Origin: Octopus bimaculoides
Lineage: Eukaryota
Length of the DNA: 64,000 bases
Reading direction: 5' to 3'
Assembly: GCF_001194135.2 (NCBI RefSeq)
Contig: NC_068989.1
Span: 483,147-547,146 of the forward strand
The stretch's first letter is position 1. Each line of letters starts with the position of its first letter. Shown piece after piece: positions 14,280 through 25,490 of this stretch. A program made the position numbers and the translations under genes. Under the pieces are notes generated by a model. The model saw nothing but the letters and a program-made list of their open reading frames with translations. It did no database searches and was not told the origin of the DNA.

Positions 14280-14621
14280 CAACACTTTACAGGATTATAG
14301 ATAGCCATTGGTCAGATTTTGTATCCAACCAACGCCTCTACTCATCAGAGTTGTGTCTTGTAACTTGCATGATTCAAGAGTGCCAGCTCAGAGTGTTTGG
14401 CCATATTGCTTGATTTTCTGAGTGAGACCCTGCTTACCATGTTCCCTTCACTGAGAATCTGGCTGGGTTGGCAGCTTATGTTGGTTGACCACATACCTCA
14501 TGGTGACAGCAGATGAGGAGGTATCTTCTGGAGATGAGGACTCTACTTGATGGATCACCCAGGAGGACTCAGGAATATACCAACAAATGGTGAATGCAGC
14601 AACATGTTTTAGTGGCACATG
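14280..14621 (+). mobile_element. Degenerate non-LTR (RTE-like) 3' ORF fragment, truncated by a gap
   Basis: TLYRIIDSHWSDFVSNQRLY...VTCMIQECQLRVFGHIA*F..DPA resembles LR-x-I-x-G-x2-W-x-D-x-VSN...IRERQLR-x-FGH. Confidence 0.55.
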
Positions 14622-14816
14622 NNNNNNNNNNNNNNNNNNNNNNNNNNNNNNNNNNNNNNNNNNNNNNNNNNNNNNNNNNNNNNNNNNCTGACTCCAAAGA
14701 TTTCATTTATTGTTGCAAAAGGCTTCAGTTTATTTCACATTTTGTAGTTGAAAATTAAAATAATAATTTGCTAAAGGTTTTGATAAAGAAAACTAAAATA
14801 AAAAAAGAAAGCTTAC

Positions 14817-15115
14817 TTTGAGAGAAACAAGTTCTGTAGAAGAGTGCTGACTGTATTCTTGGTTTATGTCTGAGAAGAACCATGTGAAAGTGATATTTGT
14901 TCCAATTGAGAGTGATGCTTCAAATGCCTCAGTGTGGTTTTGGAAAACAGCTACCATGGCCATTTTTGAATTTTGCTCCACATGTGTTGGGACACAGGAT
15001 GGCTGATGATATTCAGCATCAACCAAGGATATTTCAAGGCCCTTAGGTGTAGGTAAAATTGCATCCACAAAAATCTCATGGTATTTTTCTGAGATAGCAT
15101 TCTTAATATGAACAC
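14817..15115 (-). CDS. PKD1-like: PKD1-like exon, end of PKD repeat 1 and first half of repeat 2: VHIKNAISEKYHEIFVDAILPTPKGLEISL...FEASLSIGTNITFTWFFSDINQEYSQHSSTELVSLK
   Basis: Acceptor aatttattttcag, donor AAA|gtaagc, 299 nt, phase 1 to 0. G-T-N-I-T-F-T-W PKD motif. Lies inside ORF 14793-15149. Confidence 0.85.
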
Positions 15116-16761
15116 CTGAAAATAAATTTTTTAAAAAATACTTAGACAAATAAACATTTTATTAGAACAGCTAACATCATTTTATTTAAAAGATATTAAT
15201 TTTGATGCCAAACAATGCTGTGTGCTTGTATAGAGGCTGACTATCTGTAGAGTGAAAAAGAGTGAGATAAACCTAACACTGAGATTTCCAAAACATGTGA
15301 AGAAAGAAAGTGGCAGATATAATAGGTTCATTTATCCCATATCATTTAGTGAAAGAAAGACAGATCATCACAGAAGACTGGGTCATAAGTAAGCTTCATC
15401 TATTAAGCTGATGATAGCTCTGATAAAAATGCAAGCATAATACAGAGTGACACTTTGTAAAAGGTTATCAGCCGTTTACAACTGAGAATATTCCTGGTTC
15501 TGAAGAGAAAACATGTTTTGTTTTGTTTGATTTCTTTTTTTTTTAATACAGTTTTAGTTATGGAAAATATATAAGATCACAGAAGCAAGAATTTTCCTTC
15601 TTGTATGAGAAATATTTTCATTTTCATTGATCAATTTACTAATAACTGCTTTCAAATCATCATCATTTTAATGTCTACTTTTCCATGTTCACATGGGTTG
15701 GTCAGAATTTTGTTGAGGCAGATTTCTAAAGACCAAGTGCCCTTCCTGTCACCAACCGTCACCTGTTTCCAAGTGAAATTAATATTTCACTAGGAAACAG
15801 GTGAGGTTGGCAACAGGAAGAGCATCCAGCCATAGATAATCTGTTTCAATAACATAGATATTTACCTGTATATTATTTTTTTTGATGTTACTCTAAAGGG
15901 AAGCACAAATTGACAGCTATGTCAAGCACTAAACCTACTTTAAACATGCATCCTCTCATCATTCAAAAAGTCTTTTGGTTTTTAGTTTCTTTAAATTATT
16001 TTCAAGTTTGGAAGAAGTCTAAACCTCATGTACACACACACACACATTCACATTTCATATCCATTTTAATTCAGAGAGGTAAAAATAAACATTATAAACA
16101 CTACCAGTCAGTCCTATAATATATCTTGTTTTAACATGAATAATATATAACATCATAAATTTTCATAAGAATTTTTCTGACATTATAAACACAGACTCAT
16201 AGTCTGCAACTGTAAAACTAAACACACGCAACAATTAATTCACAAGCACACAGAGAAAAATTGTCACTCAAATGTATTTGTTGAAAAGCATATCAGATTT
16301 GTGTTCATGCAAAAATATATTAACTCAAATAAAACAATTTTTTTAAGAAATAAAATTTGACAAAAATATTTCAATTTTACAGATTGTTTACAAGCAATAT
16401 TTTAAATATATTTTTAAGACATTTTCTTCAGTATATTTCACTACAACTTTATGGATATGGTAAATTCTATAAAGATGGTTTTATTTATTTTGAATTCCAG
16501 CTGCAAGGAGTAAATTGGATCAAATACCTCAATCTTCACAATGCCTTAAGTGCAGACAATTTCAAAAATTACAATCTGTATCACGTCCTCACGTCGTTTT
16601 TTGTTGTTGTTTTTTTGTCTTTTTCCTTTTTTGAACTTATATATANNNNNNNNNNTATATATATGTATATATATATGTATGTATATAACATCATCATCCT
16701 CATCAATGTCATTGTTTAATGTCCACCTTCCATGCTGGCATGGATTGGAAGGTTCATTAAA

Positions 16762-17387
16762 ATGACAGATCTATTGGACTTTCAAAGAGGTCATATTGTT
16801 GGTGCTCGTATGGCAGGTGGTAGCATAATGAAAACAGTCAAAATGTTTGATGTATGAAGATGTACTGTCTCAAATGTAATGACAGCCTTTGAGAAAGAGG
16901 GAAAAACCTCCTCGTCGAAACAAAACTCCGGAAGAAAACCAAAACTCTCAGATAGGGATCGTTGGACTCTTATGCAAATTGTTAGAAATGATCACAAAAG
17001 TACAGCTCCCAAAATTACTGCAGAGCTTAATGACCACCTTGAGAACCCAGTTTCCACAAAAACTGTTCGCCAGGAGCTGCACAAAGCTGGATTTAACGGT
17101 AGGGCTGCAATCAGAAAACCACTACTTTCAAAAACAAACTTTGCAAAGCATTTAGAGTGGAGTAAAAACCTACAGAATTGGTCCCTAGAGCAGTGGCAAA
17201 ATGCTATTTTCTCGGACGAGTCATCCTTTACCTTATTTCCAACCACCGGCTGAGTATTCGTATGAAGATAGCCAAAAGAAGCATTTGACCCAGACTGCCT
17301 TCTTCCAATTGTTAAACATGGAGGAGGGTCTGTGATAATCTGGTGGGATATATCTTGGAAATCCACCGGCCCAATGGTTTCCTTTCA
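16762..17387 (+). pseudogene. Tc1/mariner (Tc1-type) transposase fragment: N-terminal HTH to first catalytic D region, with in-frame stops
   Basis: MTDLLDFQRGHIVGARMAG...GRKPKL...VSTKTVRQELHKAGFNGRAAIRKPLL...W..AIFSDESSF...PIVKHGGGSVIIW. Several stops, C-terminal DDE half absent, no TIRs seen. Confidence 0.92.
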
Positions 17388-17589
17388 TGGTTTCTATGGC
17401 TGGATGCCCTTCCTAATGCCAACCACTTCAAGAGTATTGTGGATGCTTTTTACGTGCCACCAGCATGGGTGCCAGTTACGCAGCACCGGCATCGGCCACA
17501 ACTATATTGCCAAAGGTCTCAATCACATGTCACTGCCTCCATGATGCCCCAGCATTCAAAGGTAAAAATGCATTTCTTTTCATTTATAA

Positions 17590-18102
17590 AGAACCTACTC
17601 AAGCTTTCTTGGAAAACTTTCAGGAGAAATGTTGGGTTTGATGCATTTCTTTACCCTTGCTGCTATTGAGGACAAACTGCAAGAGGCTGATATATTAGTG
17701 TACATTGAGCATTTGAAGAAACTTCTCACTGATAAGGAAACTAGATTCAAAACTCTCCTGAAAACGAACATTCCAGGTTGCATAGAAGAGCCATTTGGGT
17801 CAAATGCATCTGATATGGACATCAGGACTACAAGAAAACTTTATTGAATTGCAGAGTAACTTACAAACAAGCAGTGAAATTGCTATGAAATTCCCATTGC
17901 TTTGGCAGGAATTAAAATTACATTTCATTCCCTTTTTTACTTCTTGCCCAGTTGAATTGGGTTTTAACCAAATCTCTTTCAAACTATCAAAAGCCTGCAA
18001 ATGCTTAGAAATTCTAAGTTGAGATAATCTTTGTCTCTAACAACCACAGACACTGATATTGAAAAACTTGTGAGATTGCATCAGCTACAAGGATCTCGCT
18101 GA
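17590..18102 (+). pseudogene. hAT (Buster/Charlie-like) transposase C-terminal fragment, frameshifted
   Basis: ORFs 17629-17847 and 17795-18022 join into ...YIEHLKKL..D.ETRFKTLL...IPGCIEEPF...LQENFIELQ...KFPLLW..LKLHFIPF.TSCPVELGF...DIEKLVRLHQLQGSR*. This matches the hAT dimerisation end with its typical Q-x-S-H-like terminus. Confidence 0.8.
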
Positions 18103-18794
18103 ATAAATGCGGTAAAATGGAAATATGATATATATACATATATATATTTATTTAGCTGAATCACTAAGTGCAAGTGTACTATCATCATCCATCTGAATAC
18201 ACTTCTCTCCTACAACATCCTGATTCTCTCTGAACACACTGTCTTGCAATGCAGAATACAGCGTGCCTGAGAAATGTAACTCAAAAGACAACAACACAGA
18301 ATATGAGATGATGACAGGCAGAGAAAGTGGAAAGAAATAGAAAGACTGATAAACAGAGAGAGAGAGAGAGAGAGAAAAAAAGAAAAAGAAAGAAAGGAGA
18401 AAGAGTCAGAGAAAAAAGAAGACAAACAGACACAATGGCTACCAAGATAGATATTCTGAGATTTAGTGACATCAACTAAAATAATAACACTGTAACACAT
18501 GTGTGGACCAAATAAAAAAAAAAATTTGTCATAACAAGACCAGTAGGAAGGCAAGTAGAATATTAGTTTGTCATTTACATTTTGTTATTAATTAATTACA
18601 TATTAAACAAATTTACTGAGGAAGTGTTGTTGGCCCATTGTTGTTGATAGTTGCAGATAGAAGCACTATAAATCCTGGAGAATGTGTCTACATACATGAA
18701 AGCATACAAATGGATAAATACACATGATGTCTGTCTATCTTTCTACCTACACAGACACATTATTAAAATTATAATTATTACTTTAATTAAAGTG

Positions 18795-18944
18795 GCCAGC
18801 TGGCAAAATCATTCACTCACTGGACACAATGCTTAGTGTTGTTTTGTCTCCCTTTATATTCCGAGTTCAAATTCTGTTGAGGTCAACTTTGCGTCTTATC
18901 CTTTTGAGGTCAATATAATCCCCCAAATATTTGGCTTTATGCCG

Positions 18945-18945
<1 letters not shown>
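18795..18945 (+). mobile_element. SINE family C copy with (ATT)n tail
   Basis: Same head and core. Other copies at about 1335-1510, 4395-4735, 28825-29022, 29560-29770, 43520-43737, 49728-49942 and 55140-55310. Confidence 0.75.
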
Positions 18946-18993
<48 letters not shown>

Positions 18994-18996
<3 letters not shown>

Positions 18997-19197
18997 GAAA
19001 ACTAGACTGCCTTCATTAGATACTTTATCAATATTCTCTGGTATTCTGTGGTTTCCATCTGTTTCATGTTCTTCATTACCGTTTTCTGCTTCTGCTGTTT
19101 CACACACCTTCGGCTCTTTTTGTTATTGTTTCTCTGAATTTCTGTAATCTGTACTCCCATGATCCAGTCGTTCCTATGGATTGCTCTTGCTTGGTCT
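18994..19197 (-). mobile_element. Second R4/Dong-like fragment, from the N-terminal ORF region
   Basis: DQARAIHRNDWIMGVQITEIQR resembles the ADQ-x-R-x-I...W-L...E-I segment at the N-terminus of R4/Dong ORFs. Bracketed by (ATT)n. Confidence 0.45.
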
Positions 19198-19209
19198 ATT
19201 ATTATTATC

Positions 19210-19878
19210 ATGATTACTATTCATATACACTCAACAGACTAGAGTGTTGGAAAAGAAACAATCCCAACATCAGGCTATATCAAGTAACCTTAGATGTCAA
19301 GAACCCTCCTAAGTATCCTAGCTGTCCCTAATAACACTGTTTTCTGCAGCTGTACTAAACTAGGTTTCATGCCTATTTCCTCTATCCATCTGTTCAGATC
19401 TTTAGGGATAGTTCCCAACGCACATATAACTACTGGGATACATTTTACCCCCACTTTTCATTGACTTTGTAACTCAATGGCTAAGTCCTGGTACTTTGCT
19501 ATTTTTTCTTATACCTATCATATTGATTTTTTTCATCATTTGTGACTGTAAAGTCAATAATCTGGTACTTTCTATTCTCTTTATCTACTACTACTAAATC
19601 AGGCCTTCTAACTTCTGTTACTCTATCAGTCTGAATGTTAAAGTCCCAGAACATCTTATATTTCTTAATTTCTAATACTCTACTAGGTTCATGTTCATAC
19701 CATTTATCAGTATGATCAAATCCTAGCTTTCTACATAATTCCCAGTGGATTACTCTCCCTTATCATGTTGTCATGCCTTTTCTTGTATTCTTCCTGTGCC
19801 ACCATGCTACATTCACTTACTATGTGAGTAACTCTTTCCTCTTTTGATTTACATAGCCTACATTGGGAATCTACTTGG

Positions 19879-19882
<4 letters not shown>
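19210..19882 (-). mobile_element. R4/Dong-type non-LTR retrotransposon, 5'-truncated 3' end (CCHC knuckle + restriction-like endonuclease), degenerate
   Basis: Minus-strand translation with frameshifts: CRLCKSKEERVTHIVSEC...IHWELC...KWYEHEP...WDFNIQTDR...RRPDLVVVD...IID...KYQDLAIEL...GTIPK...LQKTVLLGTARILRRVL. Stop at 19290-19292. (TTA)n tracts at both ends. Confidence 0.85.
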
Positions 19883-19922
<40 letters not shown>

Positions 19923-21695
19923 CAGTGATATAAATAAAGTGCCATATAGTTTATAACACTGTATTAATAATATAGTCTCTCTATTACGTTATAATAACCG
20001 TGCTCTTTTTTTTTCTGTCTTATGAACCCTCTTCAAACAAATATGTATGTGTATAAGTGGGTGTATGTGTGAGTGTGTGTATAAAAACTTATACTTCTGT
20101 ATGTATGTTTCTTAATATAATGTTCCAATGGAATGATTCTACTTGAAATTTTTATTGCATTCTTCCATTGCTTTTCCATGTCTGAGTCTCAAGGAACAGT
20201 TTTTGCTCTGATGCTTTTGCAACTGGTTTTCACTGAACTTGTTTGTAGGCTGACATTTCACACCCAATGACCACCCCATGCAACCTCTTCTTCAAAAATA
20301 TGTTGCGTATGAATCATTGAAGCACATTTCTTTCATACAACTTATATAAATGTTCTTTTAGGAGACAGAGAACTCTTTTGCTTTCACCTGAGCTCTCAGT
20401 TTTGTTCACTGACTGTCAAGTCCCAGTCATTAATTACACCAACTAAATCTCCCACACTAATTATGCCACTAAATAAAGTAATTCATCAACCATAAGCTAA
20501 CAGCAGGGAAGCTTCTGTGGAGTTGCCCAATATGCTAGAAAATACAACTAAATCTCTTTTAAACAACTTGCTTTAAATTATCAGTCGTAAACTGGAGAAA
20601 GTAAGCTTTAGTCAAAAGACCTTCAGAGAAAATATTTGGTATTTTAAATAAGGAAAAAGAAACATTAGATAAGGATGGTCATAGATACTTTTAAAAGACA
20701 GGATGGTCATGGCTGGAACAGGCATACCTTTCATCATGGGTCTACGCAACAACATCAATAACTTGTCCACATATTTTCATTGAATCATTCAAGCAGGTTT
20801 TTTTAGTTATTGGATCAGGGTCCTTCGTTGATATCTAGGCCAGTGCCTCTGCCGTTACTCACAGTAAACTATTTGACTACTCCCCACCCCCACCCCCACC
20901 CATTCCATTCCTACATACTAAGCAAGGTCACTGTTTGAGTTTGCTTTTCCTTCAGTTTCAAACTTCTCCTGTAGTTTCCAACACAGAGAGTCCAGTTGAA
21001 AGCAGGTCATTAACATACACAGTCCCCCTTGGGCAAGAAATGCTGAACTTCAGAGAAAGTGAGGGAGCAGACAATAAGAAGAAGAAGAAGAAGAAAGAGA
21101 AAACAACAATATGACAAATAAGAAAAGAAAACCTGAGGAAATAAAAGAGAAAAAAAGTAAAATGGGTGAAGAAAAAGAAAAAAAGAAAGAAAAAAGAAAA
21201 AAACAAGATGAGGAAAAAAGACAGGAAAGAAGAAGCTTAGACTAAAACTAAACAAATATTTAGTTTTGTTTCATTATTTTTTGGGTTTTTTTACATAACA
21301 CAAAAGGAAAATCATAAATAAGAACAACAAGTACAAGAATAATTCTTCTGTACTTGAAGATATGAAAGCATTTGAAAAAAAATATGAACAAGAGAGAGAG
21401 AGAGAGAGAGATTAGGGAAGAAGAAAAAAGTAAAAAGAGAGAATAAGATAAGTATTTGACATGTTTAAAAAGAATGAGGCGAAACAGCAGAATGAAGTCT
21501 GTAGTTGGAAGAATATAGGAGTTTGCATGGATTGTTTGGTTGGAGATTATGAATATATTTGCATTGCTCTCTTTAATGATAGCACAAAGTATTCACTGAG
21601 AAGGGAAAAGAAGAGAGAAAAGGGGGGAATTAGGAGAAGGGAAAGGGAGAGAAAAGCAATTGTGACTGTGAATATAACAAAAGTGATGTACATAT

Positions 21696-21751
<56 letters not shown>

Positions 21752-22138
21752 NNNNNNNNNNNNNNNNNNNNNNNNNNNNNNNNNNNNNNNNNNNNNNNNN
21801 NNNNNNNNNNNNNNNNNNNNNNNNNNNNNNNNNNNNNNNNNNNNNNNNNNNNNNNNNNNNNNNNNNNNNNNNNNNNNNNNNNNNNNNNNNNNNNNNNNNN
21901 NNNNNNNNNNNNNNNNNNNNNNNNNNNNNNNNNNNNNNNNNNNNNNNNNNNNNNNNNNNNNNNNNNNNNNNNNNNNNNNNNNNNNNNNNNNNNNNNNNNN
22001 NNNNNNNNNNNNNNNNNNNNNNNNNNNNNNNNNNNNNNNNNNNNNNNNNNNNNNNNNNNNNNNNNNNNNNNNNNNNNNNNNNNNNNNNNNNNNNNNNNNN
22101 NNNNNNNNNNNNNNNNNNNNNNNNNNNNNNNNNNNNNN

Positions 22139-22183
<45 letters not shown>

Positions 22184-24479
22184 TGCTCACAGTCTTGTGC
22201 CTCGCGTTTGCTCTGGCACCTCATCACTACCATCATTATCTTCATCTTCTTCCCACTTACTTCCACATTCCCTTATCTTATTGCGGGGGTAGCCATGGAT
22301 CTCCTTCATAGCAAGACACTTTGTGCTTATCCTTCTGTCATACTTTAGCCTTTCAAGACTTGGCATAAAGCCACCTCAACCCCCACAAATACTACCCCCT
22401 TCCTCATTTAGAAGAGCTTTTTTCCTTTATCCTTGTTCTCCTTCCATGTCTTGCAAGTTATTCGGTGACCTCACTAGTGCCACTGGCACAAAAACAGACA
22501 CCCAGTACATACTGAAAGGTGGTTGGCATTAGGAAGGACATCCAGCTGGAGATGACCTGCCAAAGCCGATACTGGAACTCTGCCCAGCCTTGCCGTTTGT
22601 TGGATCCTGTCAAACAATCTGGCCCTTGCCACCATGGCAAGCAAGATGTTAAATGATGAAGAAAATAAATCAACTTTTGACAAAGGGGACATTTTCACTA
22701 TAATAGGGACCTGACTATGAAGAAGCACCAACATTTCTTATCTTTAAAATTTAAGTGATTAAATTATGAACCAAAACCAGAAACACCAAGTTCTACTGTC
22801 TTCCATTGCATGATTTCTACAAATGGATGCCGTTCCTAATGTTAACCATTCTACAAAGTGTATTGGGTGCTTTTTATGTGGCACCAGTTGTAGAATAGGA
22901 TTTAGTTGAAAGTTTATAGTAGGGAAGAAAACAGAGAACAAAATTCAATCTCTCTCTCTCCCTCTCTTTCTCTCTCTCTCCCTCCCTCTCTCTCTCTCTC
23001 TCTCCCTCCCTCTCTCCTATTGTGTGAGTATTCATAAACTTTCTCATTAACCTTTATGTTCATTTTCCCACAATTGCATGGATTGGATAATTACAGCCGG
23101 ATGCCCTTGCTGTTGCCAACTGTGAAATGTTTTTCAAGAGATTTCTTATTTCACATCTCTTCAAAGGCACAAAGCCCGCAGATGCTTTACTGACAGCAGA
23201 AATAACCATAACAACACTACCTGTGTAGCTCAGTGATTTTCAATCCAGCATAATGTAAACACACACACATACACACACAGCATCATCCTTCCATTCTCTA
23301 CATTTTATAGGTCTCAGTTGAGACCATTCCATCATTTTTTTCCAAACATAGTCTATGACAACATTTAATGTCTTTCTTTATTTTTTAAAGACAGGTGAGA
23401 ATTGAAAACTTTTAGCTGGTGTCTCTAGCAGATAGAACAACCACATAGTGGATCACTCTTTAGCTTGCAGAATACTTAATATTCTAAATACGAGAGATTG
23501 GCAGTTAAGTTTCTTAACAATAGACAATTCAAAACAGAAATAATAAGATACAAATCAATGGCTCCTTAACAACTCCACTATATTATCACCTTGTGTGTGT
23601 GTGTGTGTGTATGAGCATGCCAATGCATGTGTGTACATGCACAATGTTATAAACACACTAATGAGAGAATGTACAGCAATGACCGCTTAATACAAAACTC
23701 AGTAAGATGTGTAAGTACATGTCGCAAATATGTGAGATGAATAAATAAACAAATAACAAAAAATAAATCTTTTTACAACAGGTCACTGCTTGCAACTTTA
23801 CAACCTTCTCTGAAGGCCTTTGCTTTCTCGTCTCAAAAACACCTGAATTGTTTTTCTTTATTATTTTGATATGGAAAAAAAAAAATGAAAATTAGATCTA
23901 TACCCCACCCCCTCTCTCTCTATCCCTTGCTCAGATGATACAGATAAAAAAAATGAAGCATAATGAACAAAACACTGCTAAGAGAAAAATAACTGCCTGA
24001 AAAACCAGCAACCTTGAGAAGCCACAATAGTCTGCACAAATTAATTAATCTGATGGAGGGTTTTTAACAAGTAGAAGAGGCAGCCAGGTTTGGTATTCAT
24101 GTAAAAATATAAAAAAAGGTGGGTCAACTGCCAGATTCTGTGTTGGTTGATTAAATGTTTTCTCCCAGTCACTGGCCAAGTTTGTTGGCAGCAAGATCAG
24201 AATCTGTCTGAACATGAATAGAAAACAGTGTTATTATTGTCAATAGATCTCTGTCATTTGAGACAAGTTAATCTTTGCAATAATGGCTTTCATAACAGCC
24301 CCAGCCCCCCTTCAACCCCCACCTTTATTAGTTTGACTTTATTGTTTATATAACTGACAACATCCACATGGGGCACACTACTACAAACAAGGATTGGCCC
24401 AGAATAACTTCCTATAAAGTGTGTGTGTGTGTGTGTGTGCGTGTGTGTGTGTGTGTGCATGTGTGTGTGTGTGTGTGTG

Positions 24480-24514
<35 letters not shown>

Positions 24515-24796
24515 AAGCTATTTATCTTTCTACCAATTGCCACCCCCACCCCCCTCCTTACATGAGCGTCTGTTGGTTCTCTTTTATTCTTTTCTCTCAC
24601 TTGTTTCAGTCAGTGGACTGCAGCCAAGCTGGAGCACAACTTAGAAGGGTTTTGTGGACCCTAATACTTATTTTTAATTCTACTACTTATTCTATCAACA
24701 CCCTTTTGATGAACTGCTAAGATAAAGGGACACAAACATCAGGTGTCAAGCAGTAAGGGATAAAAACAAGGACGGCTGTGCACATATGCATACATC

Positions 24797-24827
<31 letters not shown>

Positions 24828-24872
24828 TTACATACACATAAACATACATGCATACACATTATATATATATAT

Positions 24873-25080
24873 CATCATCATCATCATCGTTGTCGTTTAA
24901 CATCTGCTTTCCATGCTGGCATGGGCTGGACGGTTTGACTGAGGGCTGCCAAGCCAGAAGGCTGCACCAGGCTCCAATCTGATCTGACAAAGTTTCTATG
25001 GCTGGATGCCTTCCTAACACCAACCACTCTGAGAGTGTGGTGGCTGCTTTTTACATGCCACTGGCACAAGGGCCAGTCAG
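24873..25080 (-). mobile_element. SINE-like family A copy
   Basis: Same core and (CAT)n tail. Further diverged copies at about 10875-10935, 15655-15845, 22460-22660, 30100-30340, 36100-36305, 47470-47532, 52095-52215, 58520-58680 and 61250-61445. Confidence 0.8.
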
Positions 25081-25082
25081 GC

Positions 25083-25260
25083 AAAAAGTGTGGTTGTGTG
25101 GTAAGAAGTTTGATTGCAAACTAAATGGTTCTGGGTTCTGTCCCATTGAGTGGCACCTTGGACCAGTGTCTTCAGATATAGCCATAGGCCAACTAAAGCT
25201 TTACAAGTGGATACGGTAGGCAGAAACTGAAAGAAACCCATCACGTGTGTGTGTGTGTGT

Positions 25261-25305
<45 letters not shown>

Positions 25306-25490
25306 AGTGTTTTTGCTTGAAAACCAGTGCTGGTTTGTTTACATCCCCATAACTTAGTAGTTCAGCATAAGAGAACAATAGAATAAGTACCAGGCTTTAA
25401 AAAACCTTATTTACTGTGATTGATTCATTCAGCTAAAAACCTTCCTGGCAGTGCTCCAGCATGGCAACAGTCCAATGACTAAAACAACTG
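25083..25490 (+). mobile_element. SINE family B copy with internal (GT)n(CT)n
   Basis: Collinear with family B. Confidence 0.75.

Noticed and set aside
20900-21056. Open segment after a long polypyrimidine tract with a gtatgt donor
   Set aside because: Phase 1 to 2 would frameshift the gene, and the flanking exons already join seamlessly.
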